64,000 bases of DNA from Ruminococcaceae bacterium UBA1227 (GTDB taxonomy: Bacteria; Bacillota; Clostridia; Oscillospirales; Acutalibacteraceae): positions 18,233 to 82,232 of the forward strand of contig DBWX01000011.1 of the NCBI GenBank assembly GCA_002309175.1, in the 5' to 3' direction. Below are positions 61,024 through 64,000 of this stretch, in pieces. The position numbers were made by a program, and so were the translations under genes. How positions within the stretch are numbered: the first letter of the stretch is position 1; each line of letters begins with the position of its first letter. The notes beneath the pieces are model-generated. The model was not told where the DNA came from. It was given only the letters and a program-made list of their open reading frames with translations, and ran no database searches.

Positions 61024-62030
61024 AAGTAATCAAGGCAATATTCAAAGTGCTGCTTTGCCTTGTCCTTCTGGTTGGCCTCACAATAGGCGGCCTCAACATA
61101 TGGATAAGGACGGCAAGCGCATCGTTCTATAAAAACAGCGAAAAGGAATTTCAGATTCCGGGGCTCAGCGAAGGGTTCGTCCCGAAAGGCATAACCTATG
61201 ACGAGAACTCCGGCTACTACTTAGTCAGCGGCAGCATGTCTGACAACTCCGCTTCGCGCATCTACACCATAGACCCCGCTACAAGCGATTTCACATATGT
61301 TGAACTGAAGACGGCAGGCGGGGAGGCCGACACGCCGAGCGCTGCCGGCATCGCGGTTCACGGCCGTTACGTGTTCCTTTCCACCGGAACGGAACTCGTA
61401 AACGTGTACAGGCTCGCGGAGGTCACGGACTCAGACTTAAGCTCCGCGACCTCGTTTGCGACCTTCACCGCCGCGAACCGCCCCGAAAGTCTCTTCATTC
61501 ACAACGACTACATCTTCATGGGTGAGTACTACAACAAGGAAGGCTATGACACTCCCGGCAGTCACAAGTATGAATCCGACAATGGTGAGCAGCTCAATGC
61601 CGTAATGCTCATGTATGACATCACGGCGCTCGTCCAGGCCCTGTCCGAGAGCGAGCAGGCCGCGCTCCAACCGGAGGCAGCATATGCCGTGCCTGACAAC
61701 TGCACCGGCATGTGCGTTTTAAAGAGCGGCCAGCTCTGCCTGTCCTCCGCCAAAGGTATGAAGAGCTCAACCCTCCGTATCTACGACGACCCGATGAAGA
61801 CAAATCTCACATCCGACAACACATTTTCCGCATTGAACGGGGAGAAGGTACCCCTCTACTATGTCGACAGCGACAGCATGCTTAAAGAGATCTCAGTGCC
61901 TCCCATGGCGCAGGAACTCGTAACCCAGGGCGACAAGATTCTCGTCCTCACAAGCGCCGCTTCGAACAAATCCATGTTCGGAAAACTGACCGGAGCGGGC
62001 ACATGCAGGTCCTTTATCCCCGAATTCTGA
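61020..62030 (+). CDS. Hypothetical membrane-anchored extracytoplasmic protein
   Basis: ATG at 61020 overlaps the rsgA stop (ATGA), with AAGGAG upstream. N-terminal TM. No family recognised. Confidence 0.5.
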   Translation: MKVIKAIFKVLLCLVLLVGLTIGGLNIWIRTASASFYKNSEKEFQIPGLSEGFVPKGITYDENSGYYLVSGSMSDNSASRIYTIDPATSDFTYVELKTAGGEADTPSAAGIAVHGRYVFLSTGTELVNVYRLAEVTDSDLSSATSFATFTAANRPESLFIHNDYIFMGEYYNKEGYDTPGSHKYESDNGEQLNAVMLMYDITALVQALSESEQAALQPEAAYAVPDNCTGMCVLKSGQLCLSSAKGMKSSTLRIYDDPMKTNLTSDNTFSALNGEKVPLYYVDSDSMLKEISVPPMAQELVTQGDKILVLTSAASNKSMFGKLTGAGTCRSFIPEF

Positions 62031-62096
62031 CCAAAAAACGCAAATATACATATGTGCATTTTTCACAAAAGTTTTTGACAAAATGTAAAATTTGTG

Positions 62097-62125
62097 TTGA
62101 CAAGGTAGAAAATTCATGATATAGT
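62097..62125 (+). promoter_or_regulatory. sigma-A-like promoter upstream of sipW
   Basis: TTGACA (62097-62102), 17-nt spacer, TATAGT (62120-62125). A second TGgTATAAT lies at 62159-62167. Confidence 0.45.
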
Positions 62126-62187
62126 TCTCGTGGAGTGCAATATAATATATAATGCACGTGGTATAATTCACATGGAGGTACAGCCAC

Positions 62188-63117
62188 ATGTCTGAAAATC
62201 TGAGAAAGGAAAAGCCGGCGAAAAGCGTTGGTCACATAGTGCTGACGGTTCTGGGTGCGATACTCTGTATCATCTTCCTCCCGATCCTGGTCATGAACAC
62301 TATCCTGATCATCAAAGGCGCCATGGATGACTCGAAGCCACCATCGGTATTCGGTTATACGCCACTTGTCGTTCTGTCCGGATCAATGGACGACGGCAGC
62401 GCGAATGCCATACTCGTTGGCGATTTGATTCTCGTTCATGACTGTGACGCCACGAAGCTTCAGGTGAATGACGTAATCGCATTCATGGAAGGCGACTACG
62501 CAGTAACCCACAGAATCATCGCTGTAAACGAAGACGGCACGTACACCACACAGGGTGACGCCAACAACGTACAAGATGCCAACCCGGTTGCACCGGACCA
62601 CGTCATCGGTAAGTACGAACGGCGCTTCCAGGGAGTGGGCAATGCAGTCCTCTTCATACAGAGCCCCAAGGGCATGCTGGTTTGCATCGGCATTCCTCTT
62701 GCACTCTTCGTCATATATGACGTAATCAGAAGGCAAATGCTCCTGAAGAAGGAGAGAATCAAACAGGATCAGCTCAAACAAGAAATTGAAGAGCTTAAAC
62801 AAAATCCTAATCAAGTTGATTTGCCTCGGGAGGTGCTCAAAAAACCTCAGGAAGAGGCCCTGGTTGATGCCGAGCCAATCGTCTTCCTTGACGATGATGA
62901 CTTGGACGCACCTCAGCCCGGACCTGCGCCTGAAAGACGGCCGAACTCTGAAATTCTTGAAAACAACAACATCGGAATTTCAAACAATGCCGAGGGTTTA
63001 AACAGGAGTAACGAACCTGCACCTCAAAAAGCTAAAGTCAAAATCGAGGCTCCCCACAAGACTGCTACGACTAAGAAGTCCACAGTTGTAAAGGTAAAAG
63101 CCTCAAAGAAAAAGTAA
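62188..63117 (+). CDS. sipW: Signal peptidase I, SipW (ER/archaeal) type, with about 129-aa charged C-terminal extension
   Basis: VLSGSM serine box and VTHRII histidine box. Two TMs. Residues 181-309 are low-complexity K/E/P/N-rich. Confidence 0.75.
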   Translation: MSENLRKEKPAKSVGHIVLTVLGAILCIIFLPILVMNTILIIKGAMDDSKPPSVFGYTPLVVLSGSMDDGSANAILVGDLILVHDCDATKLQVNDVIAFMEGDYAVTHRIIAVNEDGTYTTQGDANNVQDANPVAPDHVIGKYERRFQGVGNAVLFIQSPKGMLVCIGIPLALFVIYDVIRRQMLLKKERIKQDQLKQEIEELKQNPNQVDLPREVLKKPQEEALVDAEPIVFLDDDDLDAPQPGPAPERRPNSEILENNNIGISNNAEGLNRSNEPAPQKAKVKIEAPHKTATTKKSTVVKVKASKKK

Positions 63118-63165
63118 ATCAACTTATTCCACAAACATTGAAATAAACCTAGGAGGTTTTTATAC

Positions 63166-63855
63166 ATGAAAAAGAACGTAATATTCCGCATCGCTGCTAT
63201 CGTGCTTATGTGCACACTCGTAACAGCTTGCTTCGCTTCTTCAACATTCGCTAAGTACACAAGCCAGGCTACAGCTAAAGGTAACGATCTTGTTGTAGCA
63301 ATGTGGTCATTCAAACTCAATGATCAGGAAATTGCAACCTCTGCACCTTTAACAGCTGATCCTTTCAACCTTTTCACAACTCATGTAAATGATACTGCTG
63401 ATGACGCACAGGAAGTTGATGTTAAGGACGAACTTATTGCTCCTGGTACAAAGGGCGATTTCAAGCTTAAGGTTCAGAACACATCTGAAGTAACCGCTGA
63501 GTATGTAATTAAAGTCAAGAGAGACGTTGTTGCTCCTGACGCAACTCTCAAGGGTTATCTTGAGGATGCCATTACTGTTAAGTATGGCACTACTACAATT
63601 GATTGGACAACAGCTGATACTAATGGTTGGGTAACACTTCCTAAGGATGCTACTAATAATATCCTTGCTATTGGTTCCGCAGCTAAGGAACTTCCTTTCA
63701 CTTGGGAGTGGGCATTTGAGCGCACAGACAAAGATACTACAGATACTGCTCTTGGTATTGCAGCACGTGCTACTGATGGTACAAACAATAACTCTGTAAA
63801 GTATAACCTTCAGTTCCAGATCGTTGCAAATCAGGTTGACTCGACTAATTCCTAA
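63166..63855 (+). CDS. Secreted protein with SipW-cognate signal peptide (TasA/CalY/BsaA-like matrix fibre candidate)
   Basis: The N-terminus ...VTACFASSTFAKYTSQA resembles the (G)TFAxF(T/S) SipW-dependent class of signal peptides. Beta-rich and Thr/Asp-rich mature part. Lies immediately downstream of sipW. Confidence 0.55.
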   Translation: MKKNVIFRIAAIVLMCTLVTACFASSTFAKYTSQATAKGNDLVVAMWSFKLNDQEIATSAPLTADPFNLFTTHVNDTADDAQEVDVKDELIAPGTKGDFKLKVQNTSEVTAEYVIKVKRDVVAPDATLKGYLEDAITVKYGTTTIDWTTADTNGWVTLPKDATNNILAIGSAAKELPFTWEWAFERTDKDTTDTALGIAARATDGTNNNSVKYNLQFQIVANQVDSTNS

Positions 63856-63961
63856 TTTTGTCCAATTTAGCAACACAAAACAAACACACAAACGTCTAAT
63901 GTTTAAGTAAACAAACGAGTTTAAACAACTCACAGCTAAAGTCAAATAATTAACAACGGGA

Positions 63962-64000
63962 TGCCCCGTCGCCCGAAAGATGGGTGACGGGGCACCTTTT
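63962..64000 (+). terminator. Rho-independent terminator (T-tract cut by window end)
   Basis: TGCCCCGTCGCCC-GAAAGAT-GGGTGACGGGGCA followed by CCTTTT. Confidence 0.6.

Noticed and set aside
62135-62160. GTGCA-N14-TGCAC inverted repeat upstream of sipW as a possible operator
   Set aside because: The arms are only 5 bp in an AT-rich region. I cannot distinguish this from chance without comparative data.
63349-63945. 198-aa ORF antisense to the TasA-like gene
   Set aside because: Cys/Ile/Leu-rich translation of an AT-rich antisense strand. The sense gene has an RBS, a signal peptide and a terminator.

Overview
The window reads as a gene-dense core chromosomal segment of a spore-forming Firmicutes/Clostridia-type bacterium. 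The taxon is a guess from gene content and order only, because no homology search was possible. All calls rest on hand-recognised motifs, start/RBS inspection and hairpin inspection.

Gene order, left to right:
- Minus strand: a methyltransferase fragment, a clostridial 2x[4Fe-4S] ferredoxin, then a seven-gene nrdR-led shikimate operon. That operon includes a chorismate mutase-AroE-AroK triple fusion and has no dehydroquinase.
- tRNA-Ser(GGA), an MBL-fold hydrolase, and divergent secreted-protein genes.
- A PspA-less ydjGHI-like Zn-ribbon / TPM / SPFH module.
- coaX, a hydrolase, a possible 6S-like sRNA, ligA and prs.
- A nine-gene V/A-type ATPase operon whose K subunit carries a Na+-binding signature.
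- An OhrR-like operon.
- A tRNA-Leu(UAA) gene interrupted by a 227-nt group I intron.
- ppiB-ispF-cdaA-cdaR, a two-component system, DUF1385-prmC, scpAB and ytfIJ.
- The conserved rluB-yicC-remA-gmk-rpoZ-priA-def-fmt-rsmB-rlmN-stp-prkC-rsgA block.
- A sipW + TasA/BsaA-like matrix-fibre locus that is cut by the window end.

I saw no rRNA, CRISPR array, transposase, integrase or prophage signature.

The most unusual item is the intron-containing tRNA-Leu. Secondary items are the SPFH/TPM/Zn-ribbon module, the sipW locus with a long-tailed peptidase, and the candidate sRNA.
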